From positions 45,627-109,626 of the forward strand of contig DAHVQG010000010.1 in NCBI GenBank assembly GCA_027317865.1: a stretch of 64,000 nt of DNA. Reading direction: 5' to 3'. This stretch comes from Bdellovibrionales bacterium. GTDB taxonomy: Bacteria; Bdellovibrionota; Bdellovibrionia; Bdellovibrionales; UBA1609. Of this stretch, positions 1-9,510 are shown one piece after another; positions within the stretch are counted from its first letter, which is position 1, and every line of letters starts with the position of its first letter. The notes under the pieces were generated by a model. It searched no databases and was not told the origin of the DNA. It worked only from the letters and a program-made list of their open reading frames with translations. Both the position numbers and the translations under genes were made by a program.

Positions 1-315
1 TATCAAGGCGTAACCGTCATTCGCATACCGCTTGATGAGCAAGGTTACTATTCGTATGGCTGGGGCGGCGGAGAAAATCAAAAAAAGACAAAAATTCCAG
101 TGAGTTCAAAACAGATAAAAAAGGGTGAAAATGCAAGCTCAGCGAGTCCGCTAATTAAGGCGAATCGAACAGTTGCTTCGGTAAAAAAGAAGTCTCATGG
201 GAGCGGGTTTAACTTTGGGTACCTGCTACGGTATTTCATTATCGCAATTATTATTATAGCCATTGTCATTTTTATCGGCGGGCAAATCCTACAAGTTTCA
301 AAATCGATGGAATAA
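1..315 (+). CDS. Hypothetical membrane protein, 5'-truncated at window edge
   Basis: Frame 1 is open from base 1 (YQGVTVIRIPLDEQGYYSYGW...) to TAA at 313-315; C-terminal hydrophobic helix. Confidence 0.6.
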   Translation, partial: YQGVTVIRIPLDEQGYYSYGWGGGENQKKTKIPVSSKQIKKGENASSASPLIKANRTVASVKKKSHGSGFNFGYLLRYFIIAIIIIAIVIFIGGQILQVSKSME

Positions 316-408
316 TTTTTAAAAAGAGCATTATTTGTTGAACCATGGGCAAAAACCTGTTTTTTTGCACTTGAATCTTCGGGCATTTTAGAGGGAACGG
401 TAAGAAAT

Positions 409-795
409 TTGGGGGGCGCTTTGCTAAACCGCGATGTTTTCAGGGTTTCACGTCAGGGTCCGTTTGAACTGGACGAAGCAACAGAACTGGTGCGGTTACT
501 CAATCAAATTACCCATAAATACAGTGAAAAGGTTAACGAGCTTGTCGAACAACTCGAAAGCTTGCCGTCGCACGAGAGGCAAAACGTAGTCGAGATAGAA
601 AATACGATCGGTCAGCTCATCAACGAGTGGAATGGTAAGGTTCGACGACTCGGGGCGATTCCCAAAGGCTTATGGTTAGTAGACATCGATAACGGCCAAG
701 GGTATTACTGCTGGAAGTACCCCGAGCCCGGCATTGAATTTTGTCACGATTATAACAGTGGCTATGCAGGGCGGGTTCCAGTTGAAGAAAAATGA
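409..795 (+). CDS. DUF2203-family protein
   Basis: Coiled coil followed by KGLWLVD..NGQGYYCWKYPEP.I...H....GYAGR signature; TTG start; stop overlaps nadE start (ATGA). Confidence 0.7.
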   Translation: MGGALLNRDVFRVSRQGPFELDEATELVRLLNQITHKYSEKVNELVEQLESLPSHERQNVVEIENTIGQLINEWNGKVRRLGAIPKGLWLVDIDNGQGYYCWKYPEPGIEFCHDYNSGYAGRVPVEEK

Positions 796-2423
796 AAATC
801 GCTCTTGCGCAAATCAATTCACGACTCGGCCACTTTGACGGCAATGCCGCTAAAATCATTGCATTTAGCCATAGGGCCCAGGCAATGGGGGCCGATATTG
901 TCGTCTTCCCCGAAGCGTCGCTTTTTGGCTACCACCCCATGGATATGCTCGAGAGGCCTTCGGTTATCAATAAAGAGCTGAAGGCACTGAATCAGATTTG
1001 CCGAAAACTCCCGCGCGACATATTGGTTCTTTTTGGTGCCTTTACGTTGAACAAAAAACCCAACGGTAAACCGTATTTTAACTCAGCCGTTTCCGTTCAT
1101 GCCGGCCGAGTGAAGTTTTTTAATAAAACGCTACTGCCAACCTATGACGTCTTTGATGATGCCCGGCACATTGAGCCGGGCGATATGACAAAAAACATTA
1201 TTCGTTTTAGAGGTAAGAAAATTCTCATTACCGTCTGCGAAGATATTTGGGCCTGGCCGGTAGAGGGTCAAAAAAGACCATCTTTTTATGATGAAAACCC
1301 GCTTCGCCGCATTCGGCCCGGCAGCGTTGATCTCGTTTTAAACTTAAGCGCTTCGCCATTTTTTCAAAACAAGTGGCAACATCGGCTTGAAGTGACGCGC
1401 CAAACAGTACGCTATTTCAAAGCGCCGATCGTCTATGTGAATTTGGTTGGAGCGCAAGACGAGTTGATTTTTGATGGCGGCAGCTTTGCGCTAAACAAAA
1501 AAGGTGAAATCATAGCTCATAGCCCGCATTTTAGCGAAGATCTACGGGTTGTTGACGTATTAGAGGCGAAAAGGAAATTGCGCACAAAAATCAGTGCGCG
1601 CCCGCAAGGGCTAGAAAGTCTCAGGCAGGCACTCGTCTTAGGAGTACATGATTTCGTAGAGAAAATTAATTTAAAGCGCGTGCATATTGGCCTAAGTGGC
1701 GGCGTTGATTCGGCCGTTGTTGCGTGTCTGGCTGTCGACGCGCTCGGCGCTCAAAATGTTACAGCAATAGCCATGCCCGGCCCCTTTAGCGCCGGCGAAA
1801 GCCTAACGCTTGCCGAACAACTTGCGCGAAACCTGGGCTTGGAATTCAAAGTCATCAGTATGACGAAAGAATACGAGATCATCGAAAACCTCGTAAAAGA
1901 GGAATTATCGCTTCAAACTTTCGGGGTCGTTCATGAAAACATACAGGCTAGAATCCGGGCGATGATATTAATGGCCTACGCCAACATGAATAGCTCACTT
2001 CTTCTCAATACGACGAACAAAACGGAAATGGCCTGCGGTTATGGGACTCTTTACGGGGATCTTTCGGGCGGCCTTTCAGTGATCGGCGATCTTTTAAAAC
2101 GCGACGTTTACGCTTTAGCGCGGCACTATAACCGCGAGCGAGAAATCATTCCAAACGGGATTATTACACGGGCGCCTTCGGCGGAGCTTCGACCGCACCA
2201 AACCGATCAAGACACTCTGCCGCCATATGAGAAGCTCGACACGAGCGTAGTTCGACTAGTTGAAAAATCGCTCGATGCCCGTTCCGAAACCGATCGATTT
2301 CTGCTTTCAGCGCTTTTGAAAAATGAATTCAAAAGATGGCAATCGCCGCCGATTTTAAAAGTGCGGGCCCATTCATTTGGTCAGGGCCGGCGTATGCCGA
2401 TTGCAAACGCGGCAGTTTATTGA
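792..2423 (+). CDS. nadE: Glutamine-dependent NAD+ synthetase
   Basis: N-terminal nitrilase-like domain (FPE, K, CEDIW) plus synthase domain (GLSGGVDS, ENIQARIR, NKTE, GYGTLYGD, PSAELRP). Confidence 0.95.
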   Translation: MKIALAQINSRLGHFDGNAAKIIAFSHRAQAMGADIVVFPEASLFGYHPMDMLERPSVINKELKALNQICRKLPRDILVLFGAFTLNKKPNGKPYFNSAVSVHAGRVKFFNKTLLPTYDVFDDARHIEPGDMTKNIIRFRGKKILITVCEDIWAWPVEGQKRPSFYDENPLRRIRPGSVDLVLNLSASPFFQNKWQHRLEVTRQTVRYFKAPIVYVNLVGAQDELIFDGGSFALNKKGEIIAHSPHFSEDLRVVDVLEAKRKLRTKISARPQGLESLRQALVLGVHDFVEKINLKRVHIGLSGGVDSAVVACLAVDALGAQNVTAIAMPGPFSAGESLTLAEQLARNLGLEFKVISMTKEYEIIENLVKEELSLQTFGVVHENIQARIRAMILMAYANMNSSLLLNTTNKTEMACGYGTLYGDLSGGLSVIGDLLKRDVYALARHYNREREIIPNGIITRAPSAELRPHQTDQDTLPPYEKLDTSVVRLVEKSLDARSETDRFLLSALLKNEFKRWQSPPILKVRAHSFGQGRRMPIANAAVY

Positions 2424-3055
2424 TGAGACGCGACGTCGGGCTTATTGCCCTTGTTTCGGTTTTTATCTCCGCCCTTATAACCTCAACTTTAATCGGATCT
2501 AAGCTTTTTTCTTTAGGCCCGCTGACGCTCTCGGCCGGGATCATTGTATTTCCATTTACGTTTTTAAGTCTTGATGTCATCGCCGATTGTTACGGCCGCG
2601 CGATGGCCAACGCGACCATTAAAGTGAGTATCGTGATTCAACTATTTGTGCTTTTTTTTGTTTGGCTGGGGGGCTGGCTCCCGACTTCGCCGCTCAGGCA
2701 AATGGGGGGCGCTTATCAAAAAATGTTTTCTCTTGCCCCAAGGATGGTTTTAGCCTCGATCACCGCATTTTTTATATCGCAGCTGTTCGACGTTACCGTT
2801 TTTCTGTCGGTTAAAGAAAAGACAAACGGTAAACGTCTTTGGCTTCGCACTAACGTTGCTACATTTATTTCGCAAGCGATCGATACTACGGTTTTTTCAA
2901 TTGTGTTTCTCGGCGGGGTGATCCCTGCTTACGAGATTTTAAAGGCCGGCGTTACGGTTTATTGCGCGAAAGTTTTTTTGGGGTTAATTAATACGCCCTT
3001 TGTTTATCTCGGGCGATATTTGATTTTCAAGCGAAACGGCCAAAAATCATGTTAA
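2423..3055 (+). CDS. yhhQ: Queuosine precursor transporter (YhhQ/VUT family)
   Basis: Multi-TM protein with FPFTFL..D...D.YG, R...AS..AF..SQ..DV, WLR...T..SQ.IDT motifs; ATG overlaps nadE stop (TGATG). Confidence 0.85.
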   Translation: MRRDVGLIALVSVFISALITSTLIGSKLFSLGPLTLSAGIIVFPFTFLSLDVIADCYGRAMANATIKVSIVIQLFVLFFVWLGGWLPTSPLRQMGGAYQKMFSLAPRMVLASITAFFISQLFDVTVFLSVKEKTNGKRLWLRTNVATFISQAIDTTVFSIVFLGGVIPAYEILKAGVTVYCAKVFLGLINTPFVYLGRYLIFKRNGQKSC

Positions 3056-3765
3056 CGGTTGAAAGCATTAAAACGCGAATATTCAAAACGGGCGATGTGA
3101 TCTTGCCATTTTTGATTGATGCTTTGAAAGTTTGCCCGCCAAAAGAAAACGATATTGTTTGCGTCACCTCAAAAATAGTATCTTTGTCAGAAAATTGCGT
3201 AGTCAAAAAGCAGGGCATAGAGAAAAAAGATTTAGTGAAACAAGAAGCCGATCACTATCTTGCCGACGGGCCTTACGGAGTTTCTCTTACAATTAAACAG
3301 GGGCTTATGATTCCATCGGCGGGGATCGATGAGTCAAACGCGGGCGGCGATTATTTTATTTTGTACCCGCTTGATCCGTTTAAAAGTGCTAATGAAATTT
3401 GGAGCGGTTTAAAAAGTCATTTTCAACTAGCTCACGTCGGGGTCATTATTACGGACTCACATACGCAACCGCTGCGATTAGGCGTAACTGGTGTGGCACT
3501 TTCGTATTGGGGCTTTCAGGGGGTTAAAAATTACGTGGGGCGCGCCGATTTATTTGGCCGAAAACTCAAGTATACGACCATTCATGCCGCTGATGCATTA
3601 GCCTGCGCCGCAGTTTTTGAAATGGGCGAATCGGACGAATCTAGACCGCTCGCAATTATTCGCGGTGCCGGCGTTCACTTTCAAGACAAAATCGATAGAT
3701 CAGAAGGCATGATTGCGCCTAAAGATGACCTTTATTTTTCGCTCTATCAATCAAAGATCAAATAG
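3049..3765 (+). CDS. CofE-family (F420-0/folate-type) gamma-glutamyl ligase
   Basis: TSKIVS, PSAGIDESN, IITDSHT.PLR.G..G, GRADLFGR.L, MGE..E..P motifs. Confidence 0.8.
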   Translation: MLTVESIKTRIFKTGDVILPFLIDALKVCPPKENDIVCVTSKIVSLSENCVVKKQGIEKKDLVKQEADHYLADGPYGVSLTIKQGLMIPSAGIDESNAGGDYFILYPLDPFKSANEIWSGLKSHFQLAHVGVIITDSHTQPLRLGVTGVALSYWGFQGVKNYVGRADLFGRKLKYTTIHAADALACAAVFEMGESDESRPLAIIRGAGVHFQDKIDRSEGMIAPKDDLYFSLYQSKIK

Positions 3766-4365
3766 CCCGAGTTGTTTCGGCTTTGGAGTAATTTGCGGAA
3801 AGCGCAATTCCGTTTTGCCCGAAAGAGTAATGAGATTTTCAATTGGAGGCAGTAATAAGCCGCCGGTCATTTTTTCGATGAGTCGAATAAATAACATTCC
3901 ACAATACGAAGCATCTTCTTCGGCACGGTGAAAGTTCGAAGCTGGAATTTGCAAATGTTGTACAAGAGTGCCCAGTTTATAATTAGGTAAGCCAGGTATG
4001 ATTTTGCGAGCCATATTGCATGAATCCAGAACGACCCCTTTGGGCGCGGGCGTCTCTAGCCGAACTACGTCTGAGACTAGAAATTGAAAATCAAAATTAG
4101 CATTGTGAGCAACTAAAATGTCGTCGCCACAAAATTCCGCAAAAGCGGGAAGTAATTTCTCAATCTTGGGTTGTCCCCGTACCATGTCCTGTCGAATTCC
4201 ATGAACGGCCGACGATGCTTCCGGAATTTCTATGCCCGGGTCAACAAGGGTGCAAAATTTGGCCTCAGCCACGCCGTCAACATAGCGGATGGCGCCGATT
4301 TCAACGATGCGGTCGACACCGGCAATAAACCCTGTTGTTTCTAAATCAAAACTGATAAATCTCAT
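3751..4365 (-). CDS. DnaQ-like DEDDh 3'-5' exonuclease
   Basis: DLETTG, AHNANFD, HRAEEDA motifs; C-terminal QLGLF clamp-binding-like motif. Confidence 0.9.
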   Translation of the reverse strand: MRFISFDLETTGFIAGVDRIVEIGAIRYVDGVAEAKFCTLVDPGIEIPEASSAVHGIRQDMVRGQPKIEKLLPAFAEFCGDDILVAHNANFDFQFLVSDVVRLETPAPKGVVLDSCNMARKIIPGLPNYKLGTLVQHLQIPASNFHRAEEDASYCGMLFIRLIEKMTGGLLLPPIENLITLSGKTELRFPQITPKPKQLGLFDL

Positions 4366-4419
4366 GAAGATTTGACGCTAAGACTGAACAATACGTTTTT
4401 CAAACATTTTGTGAGGCTA

Positions 4420-4755
4420 ATGGGTAGCGTATATTTCTTGCCTGCCGAAATCGAGTGCACCATAAAAAATGAACAGTCCATTTTGGAGCTGGCACTTAAA
4501 AATAAAATTCCTCTTGACCACTCCTGCGGAGGGTCGGGCAGCTGCAGCACGTGCCGCGTATTTTTGAGTTGGCGCACCGATGTGGCAAATTCGTCCAAAG
4601 TTGCAGTAGATCCCTTGGTAGAATCGGCGCAGGTATATCCGCCTCGCGGTGATGCCGAGCAAGCGATGGCCGATGATCGAAATTTTGCTCCGCACGAACG
4701 GCTCTCCTGTCAAATTGAACCGCTTGACGGAATGATTATCACCGTACCGGATTAA
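4420..4755 (+). CDS. 2Fe-2S ferredoxin
   Basis: CGGSGSCSTC...RLSCQ cysteine pattern; ATG at 4420 preferred. Confidence 0.85.
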   Translation: MGSVYFLPAEIECTIKNEQSILELALKNKIPLDHSCGGSGSCSTCRVFLSWRTDVANSSKVAVDPLVESAQVYPPRGDAEQAMADDRNFAPHERLSCQIEPLDGMIITVPD

Positions 4756-5993
4756 TTTGGGCCAGACGGTTTATGCACATAAATAGGATTAGTTAAAATC
4801 CAGTTAATCCATTTCGTGCCATCCGGCCACGGCAAAGGTACACGTAGCCGCACAAGCGAGCGATAAACTCCTGCGGCAACAATCGGAAATTTCGTGTCGA
4901 TCGCCGTCGATGTCGATATAACCTGGCCGTCTTTATAAATATAAGTTTTAAACGGGACAAGCGGCCGATTCGGTAAATTCACATGGTAGACAAGATGTGG
5001 GATAAGTTTCGTGACTCCGCCAAGCGGTATCACCTTTCGGCGCGGGGCTGAAGCATAAGCCACGAAACCTCGTGGGTTAGCGAGGATATCAAGGCTAATG
5101 TAAAACTGTCCGTTTCTTAGAGCATTTGAGATTTTTCGGTGATCGGCTGCGGCTTGGCCAGTAAGCTCCGAGCGAATGAGGACGTGATTTTTCACTATTG
5201 AAAATAAAGTTTGATAACTTGGAATCGCCAAGTAATGACTTCCCCATAGCCGAATTTTAGCATCCGCATCGGTACCGGCAAAGCCGAGCGTGGGCCTTAA
5301 CGAATTGAGTCGATCCCACAGCGCCATTTCTCGATCATTGCTGGTTTCAGTAAAAAGCCGCAAATAAGACAGAGTTGTGTTGTAGGGAAAGATACCCAAA
5401 CTCCAAAAGAATGAGGCCTTTGACTGCAGCCAATCTTGCTGCCAAAGCTCTTTCAAATTGTAGATTTCGATACCGTCGAGACCTGGCGGATAATTGCCAG
5501 TCCAATGATAACCATGCTGAAAGGGATGCGCTAAAACAAAAAGACCAGCCGATCGATCGCGATCGGCTGTTGAAAGAAGGTCCGCAAACGCCGTTTGAGA
5601 ACGGCCAGGTCCCTGTAAATGATTGGTCGTTTTCATGTCAAAGTTAAGCAAGACAGAGTCGAGATAGTTATATTCCCCTCCGACAAACACAAGAACGCGG
5701 TCATAGTAGCGATTTTCGTCCATGGGGGGGTGAAAATCATTTAGGTCATTGAGAATCAGAAAATCAAGATGGTCAGCGGTTGCCGCACGCACAATCGTGG
5801 CAAGACTTCCGCTCCCCGTACTGCGGTTTGTATGAACGTCCATCACTCCGGCGTAATCGTAAAATAATTTTTGTTCTGTCACGCGAAGGGGCGATTCGGG
5901 TGCGAAAGCTTCAAATGTCCATTGACTGATAAAAGTACCGTAAGCGACATCGAGAAATACAAGAAATAAAAAGGCGTATATCAGTCGGCGCAT
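4752..5993 (-). CDS. Membrane-anchored PHP-fold protein with degenerate metal ligands
   Basis: N-terminal TM; G..xVHT..S.GSG, AHP, GIEIYN, GTDAD and C-terminal W..TNPIY pattern of PHP-type proteins. Confidence 0.65.
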   Translation of the reverse strand: MRRLIYAFLFLVFLDVAYGTFISQWTFEAFAPESPLRVTEQKLFYDYAGVMDVHTNRSTGSGSLATIVRAATADHLDFLILNDLNDFHPPMDENRYYDRVLVFVGGEYNYLDSVLLNFDMKTTNHLQGPGRSQTAFADLLSTADRDRSAGLFVLAHPFQHGYHWTGNYPPGLDGIEIYNLKELWQQDWLQSKASFFWSLGIFPYNTTLSYLRLFTETSNDREMALWDRLNSLRPTLGFAGTDADAKIRLWGSHYLAIPSYQTLFSIVKNHVLIRSELTGQAAADHRKISNALRNGQFYISLDILANPRGFVAYASAPRRKVIPLGGVTKLIPHLVYHVNLPNRPLVPFKTYIYKDGQVISTSTAIDTKFPIVAAGVYRSLVRLRVPLPWPDGTKWINWILTNPIYVHKPSGPN

Positions 5994-6012
5994 GCCACAA
6001 ATAGCTCGTTGG

Positions 6013-6975
6013 TCATGGGTATCGTAACGTTATGGGTTTACCCAGCTGACCTGGTACGCCGAGGTCATGGCCATTTTTAATAATGTCGATCATCCCTCCG
6101 TCCGTTGCGCTTATAACGACGCGTTCATTCGTTTTGATCGTGTGAACAGCTTGCGGCACCAATTGAATGGTTTGCGGCGGAGTCTTACCGACTTGAAGGG
6201 TCACGGTTACATTATCAAGCGCTTCAATTATAAGCTGTAGGGTTGGTTGAGGTGGTTTCACCGGCACAATTTTTTGCCGTGTTGAAATATTAGTTGTCGG
6301 TTTCGCATTTGTATTAACCGAGGTTTTCGTGGTGGGTTTTTGAGTCGATTTGATAGGCGCGGGCGGTTGCTTTTGAGTTGTTAGCGGTTTTTGAGGTGTC
6401 GAATGTAACGACTGTGTATTTGCTTGGCCGTTGCGGGTTACCGTTTCAACTGGGGGAGCCAGCACCCCGTGTGGCAAAGTTGTCGTAACTGTCGGAGTGG
6501 TTTTTTCGCGCTCATATTTATCTTTGAGTTTTTTAACGAAAATAACGAGTCCAACGAGTATAAAAATGGCGGCAAATATCATTATCCGTGAAGCCAAGGA
6601 GCGCTCATTCATAGAGCTTTTACTAATGGCCTGCGGTTTATTTTCTTGAGGGCGAGACTCATGAACTACGCCCGCTTCGTTAGCAGAGGCGGTATCGGGC
6701 TCGTCGGCAAAGCGGGCACGACCACTATCCGTGCGCATTGCGCCATAAGCGGCCAAAATCGGTTCGGCATCGATTTTCAAATATGCGGCATACGAGCGGA
6801 TAAACCCGCGGGCAAAAGATTTCGCCGGAAGGGCATCTCGGTCACCCTCTTCGAGCGCTTTTAAAATACGCGCATTGATTTTTGTCGCAAGGGCAACGTC
6901 TTGCAAAGATAATCCCAAGCGCTCACGGGTCGCGCGCAGTTCTTGACCTGGATTTTTAATTTCTGTCTCTGTCAT
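6013..6975 (-). CDS. rodZ: RodZ-like cytoskeleton protein
   Basis: N-terminal HTH (G..LR..RE..GLSL.DVA..TKI...L.ALE.G, RGFIRSYA), single TM, Thr/Pro-rich linker, C-terminal DUF4115-like domain. Confidence 0.85.
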   Translation of the reverse strand: MTETEIKNPGQELRATRERLGLSLQDVALATKINARILKALEEGDRDALPAKSFARGFIRSYAAYLKIDAEPILAAYGAMRTDSGRARFADEPDTASANEAGVVHESRPQENKPQAISKSSMNERSLASRIMIFAAIFILVGLVIFVKKLKDKYEREKTTPTVTTTLPHGVLAPPVETVTRNGQANTQSLHSTPQKPLTTQKQPPAPIKSTQKPTTKTSVNTNAKPTTNISTRQKIVPVKPPQPTLQLIIEALDNVTVTLQVGKTPPQTIQLVPQAVHTIKTNERVVISATDGGMIDIIKNGHDLGVPGQLGKPITLRYP

Positions 6976-7730
6976 TTTAAAATCTCCAACATTTTTTGAG
7001 CCTGCGCCGCATATCGACTTGTCGGGAATAGACTCACAAGTTCTTTAAATCGCGCGCGTGCCTGGTCCATTTCTCCGAGTTTATAAAAGCTCATGCCACT
7101 ATAAAAGTGCGGTTGATCGAATTTGGACTTTCCGCAGATTCGAATTGCCTGATCGAGGCTCTCGGCCGCACTTTTGTAATCTTTCAGGGAATAAAGGGTG
7201 CGTCCGTAAATATCCATTGTTTTGCAGCTATCATGGCGAGCCTGCAAACTGTTTTCTAAAGCCACTTTAGCCTGTTTGTATTGTCGGTCGTAAAAGTAAG
7301 CTTGGCCCAAATTTGACCACGATTTGGCCGGATGATTGTAAGTAAGATCAGCCGTGGCAAGCTTTAGCTCCCGAATAGCCTTTTTGTATAATCCCACGGT
7401 AATGTAGAGGCGGCCTAAATTATTTTCAGCTTCGGTAAACTTGGGGCGAAGTTCAAGTGCGCGTTTAAAATGTTTTTGTGCATGATTAAAACGCCGGCGT
7501 ACATAGTAGGCTAATCCAAGATTGTTTTGTGTGGAGGCATTGTCGGGATTAAGTTTTTGGCTTCGAAGAAGTGCTTTCAATGCGAGAGGATAATCGCCGC
7601 GAACGAGATAAGTTGTACCGAGTTCGAGATACAGATTGGCCTTTTCGCGGTCACGGGGGCTCACGGTTGAGCAAGCCGTGAGCGTGATGCTCGTGACCAA
7701 GCAAAACAATAACGCTGCAGATTTAGGCAT
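6972..7730 (-). CDS. PilF/PilW-type TPR lipoprotein (type IV pilus pilotin-like)
   Basis: Lipobox LTAC, TPR repeats (NNLGLAY, AENNLG, Y..P...WSNLG); position upstream of rodZ. Confidence 0.8.
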   Translation of the reverse strand: MPKSAALLFCLVTSITLTACSTVSPRDREKANLYLELGTTYLVRGDYPLALKALLRSQKLNPDNASTQNNLGLAYYVRRRFNHAQKHFKRALELRPKFTEAENNLGRLYITVGLYKKAIRELKLATADLTYNHPAKSWSNLGQAYFYDRQYKQAKVALENSLQARHDSCKTMDIYGRTLYSLKDYKSAAESLDQAIRICGKSKFDQPHFYSGMSFYKLGEMDQARARFKELVSLFPTSRYAAQAQKMLEILK

Positions 7731-7735
7731 CCTAC

Positions 7736-8911
7736 TTAATCGCATAACTTTTGTGCTCCGCGTGGCAGAAATAGGCACACTATTTCAAGATATTCCGTTT
7801 GCGGGAACATATCAATTGCCGTGACCTCCTCAAGCGTGAAAGTGTCGAGCAGAAGTCCCACATCGCGTTCCAGTGCTCCAAGATCACACGAGACTAGGAT
7901 GACGCCTCGGGGATGCACGCGTGTGAGTTCAAAAATGACTTTTTTGCCAAGACCCGCGCGGGGCGGGTCGAGAATAAAAACAGATTGGGAGGCATCATTT
8001 TGCCGAAGTTTTCGAAGGTATTGAAGGGCGTCGCCTGGTATAAATTCGGCCCGAGATTGAAACCCGCTGCTTTTTGCGATTTCGCGAGCTCGAGTAACGG
8101 CTTCAGGGGACGACTCGACTCCGGTTGCCGCAAGCGATTCAAAGCGCGTCAGAACCGGAAAACTCAGGTTGCCGCTACCGCAATAGAAATCGAATAAGTG
8201 TATTGGCTGTGGAGAGATTTGTTCTATATATCTCAAGACAGACTCTTGTAGGGCCCCATTTTGTTGGGTATTCACTTGAGAAAAGGCCGGCCCAGAATCG
8301 TCAATCCGACGTATGTGCCGTTGACTGGAGCCGTCAAATGATAGCTCATAAGTCCCGTCGTCTAGATTTTTGGGGAAGTGTTCAAGAAGCGCCTTTTCGG
8401 CAATTAAACAATCGTTGATTGCGACTAGGTTGCGAGAGTTCTTTTCGTAAAAGCCAAAACTTGAGTTTTTCACGTGTACTTGTACGCGGTTTCGATAGCG
8501 AAATTCTTGAGGTGCCGCGATCATCTGAAAATTGTAGGCTGTTGAACGGTTCGCTTTTTTAATCGCAAGGTCGAGATTGCGTTTCAAAAGTTGCTCTTTT
8601 TGCCTGAGCTGTTCGTCGTAATGAATGTGTTGCCATGTACACCCGCCACATTTTTGAGCCACTGGGCAGGGCGATTCGCGTCGATAAGGCGAAGGTTCGA
8701 TAATTTGTAGAAGTTGTGCTTCGGCAAAGTTCTTTTTAATTGTCGTTATTTCAACTTCGGCGAGTTCATCAGGGGCCGTATCGGACACAAACACGACAAG
8801 ACCGCCATCAAAACGGCCGACCCCGCGGCCACCGTTATATGATAGCCGGTCAATTTTTAAACGAATTTTGTCACCGATTTTAACTGGCACCTTAGCGGTT
8901 AACGAACTCAT
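7736..8911 (-). CDS. RlmD/TrmA-family RNA m5U methyltransferase with TRAM domain
   Basis: TRAM N-terminus, CP....CGGC Fe-S motif, FSQVN, DFYCGSG, LDPPRAG, VSC, DMFPQT; start taken as ATG 8911. Confidence 0.9.
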   Translation of the reverse strand: MSSLTAKVPVKIGDKIRLKIDRLSYNGGRGVGRFDGGLVVFVSDTAPDELAEVEITTIKKNFAEAQLLQIIEPSPYRRESPCPVAQKCGGCTWQHIHYDEQLRQKEQLLKRNLDLAIKKANRSTAYNFQMIAAPQEFRYRNRVQVHVKNSSFGFYEKNSRNLVAINDCLIAEKALLEHFPKNLDDGTYELSFDGSSQRHIRRIDDSGPAFSQVNTQQNGALQESVLRYIEQISPQPIHLFDFYCGSGNLSFPVLTRFESLAATGVESSPEAVTRAREIAKSSGFQSRAEFIPGDALQYLRKLRQNDASQSVFILDPPRAGLGKKVIFELTRVHPRGVILVSCDLGALERDVGLLLDTFTLEEVTAIDMFPQTEYLEIVCLFLPRGAQKLCD

Positions 8912-9317
8912 CGGGCCTAAAAAAAAGTTTAAGCTCGCGCTCGGCGCTTGTCGCACTGTCGCTGCCGTGCACTGCATTTTCGCCAACGCTATCGCCCCAA
9001 AGAGCGCGAATGGTTCCGGCGGCGGCCTTTTTGGGGTCAGTCGCGCCCATGATTTCGCGGTTTCTCGTAACGGCGTTTTCACCAGTTAGAGCCATCAAAA
9101 GGACTGGGCCAGAGGTCATAAAGCGAACCACTTCGGGGAAAAACGGACGAGCCTTGTGTTCGGCATAAAACTCTTCGCACTGTCCTTTTGTGAGCTTCAC
9201 AAGCTTTGCCGCAGCGATTTTGAGCCCATTTTTTTCAAATTTATCGATGATTGCGCCAATGGCGTTTTTTTTCACAGCGTTTGGTTTAATGATACTGAAT
9301 GTTGTTTCTACGGCCAT
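8892..9317 (-). CDS. ndk: Nucleoside diphosphate kinase
   Basis: [26 protein letters not shown]. Confidence 0.97.
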   Translation of the reverse strand: MAVETTFSIIKPNAVKKNAIGAIIDKFEKNGLKIAAAKLVKLTKGQCEEFYAEHKARPFFPEVVRFMTSGPVLLMALTGENAVTRNREIMGATDPKKAAAGTIRALWGDSVGENAVHGSDSATSAERELKLFFRPDEFVNR

Positions 9318-9510
9318 AATTGCTCCTTCGGTTATTCATGGTCCAATAATCACTGTCGAACAGCTCGAGGATTTATCAAATAGTGCGTGTGACGTCACCT
9401 AGTGGTTGCCGAGTTTGCTGACTCAGCACAAGCGAAGCGTCAGGAGAAGATTTGCTTTGACAGCCACCGTATGCCCCGCGGTATGTGCTAATCTTGTATA
9501 GGGGAGAACT

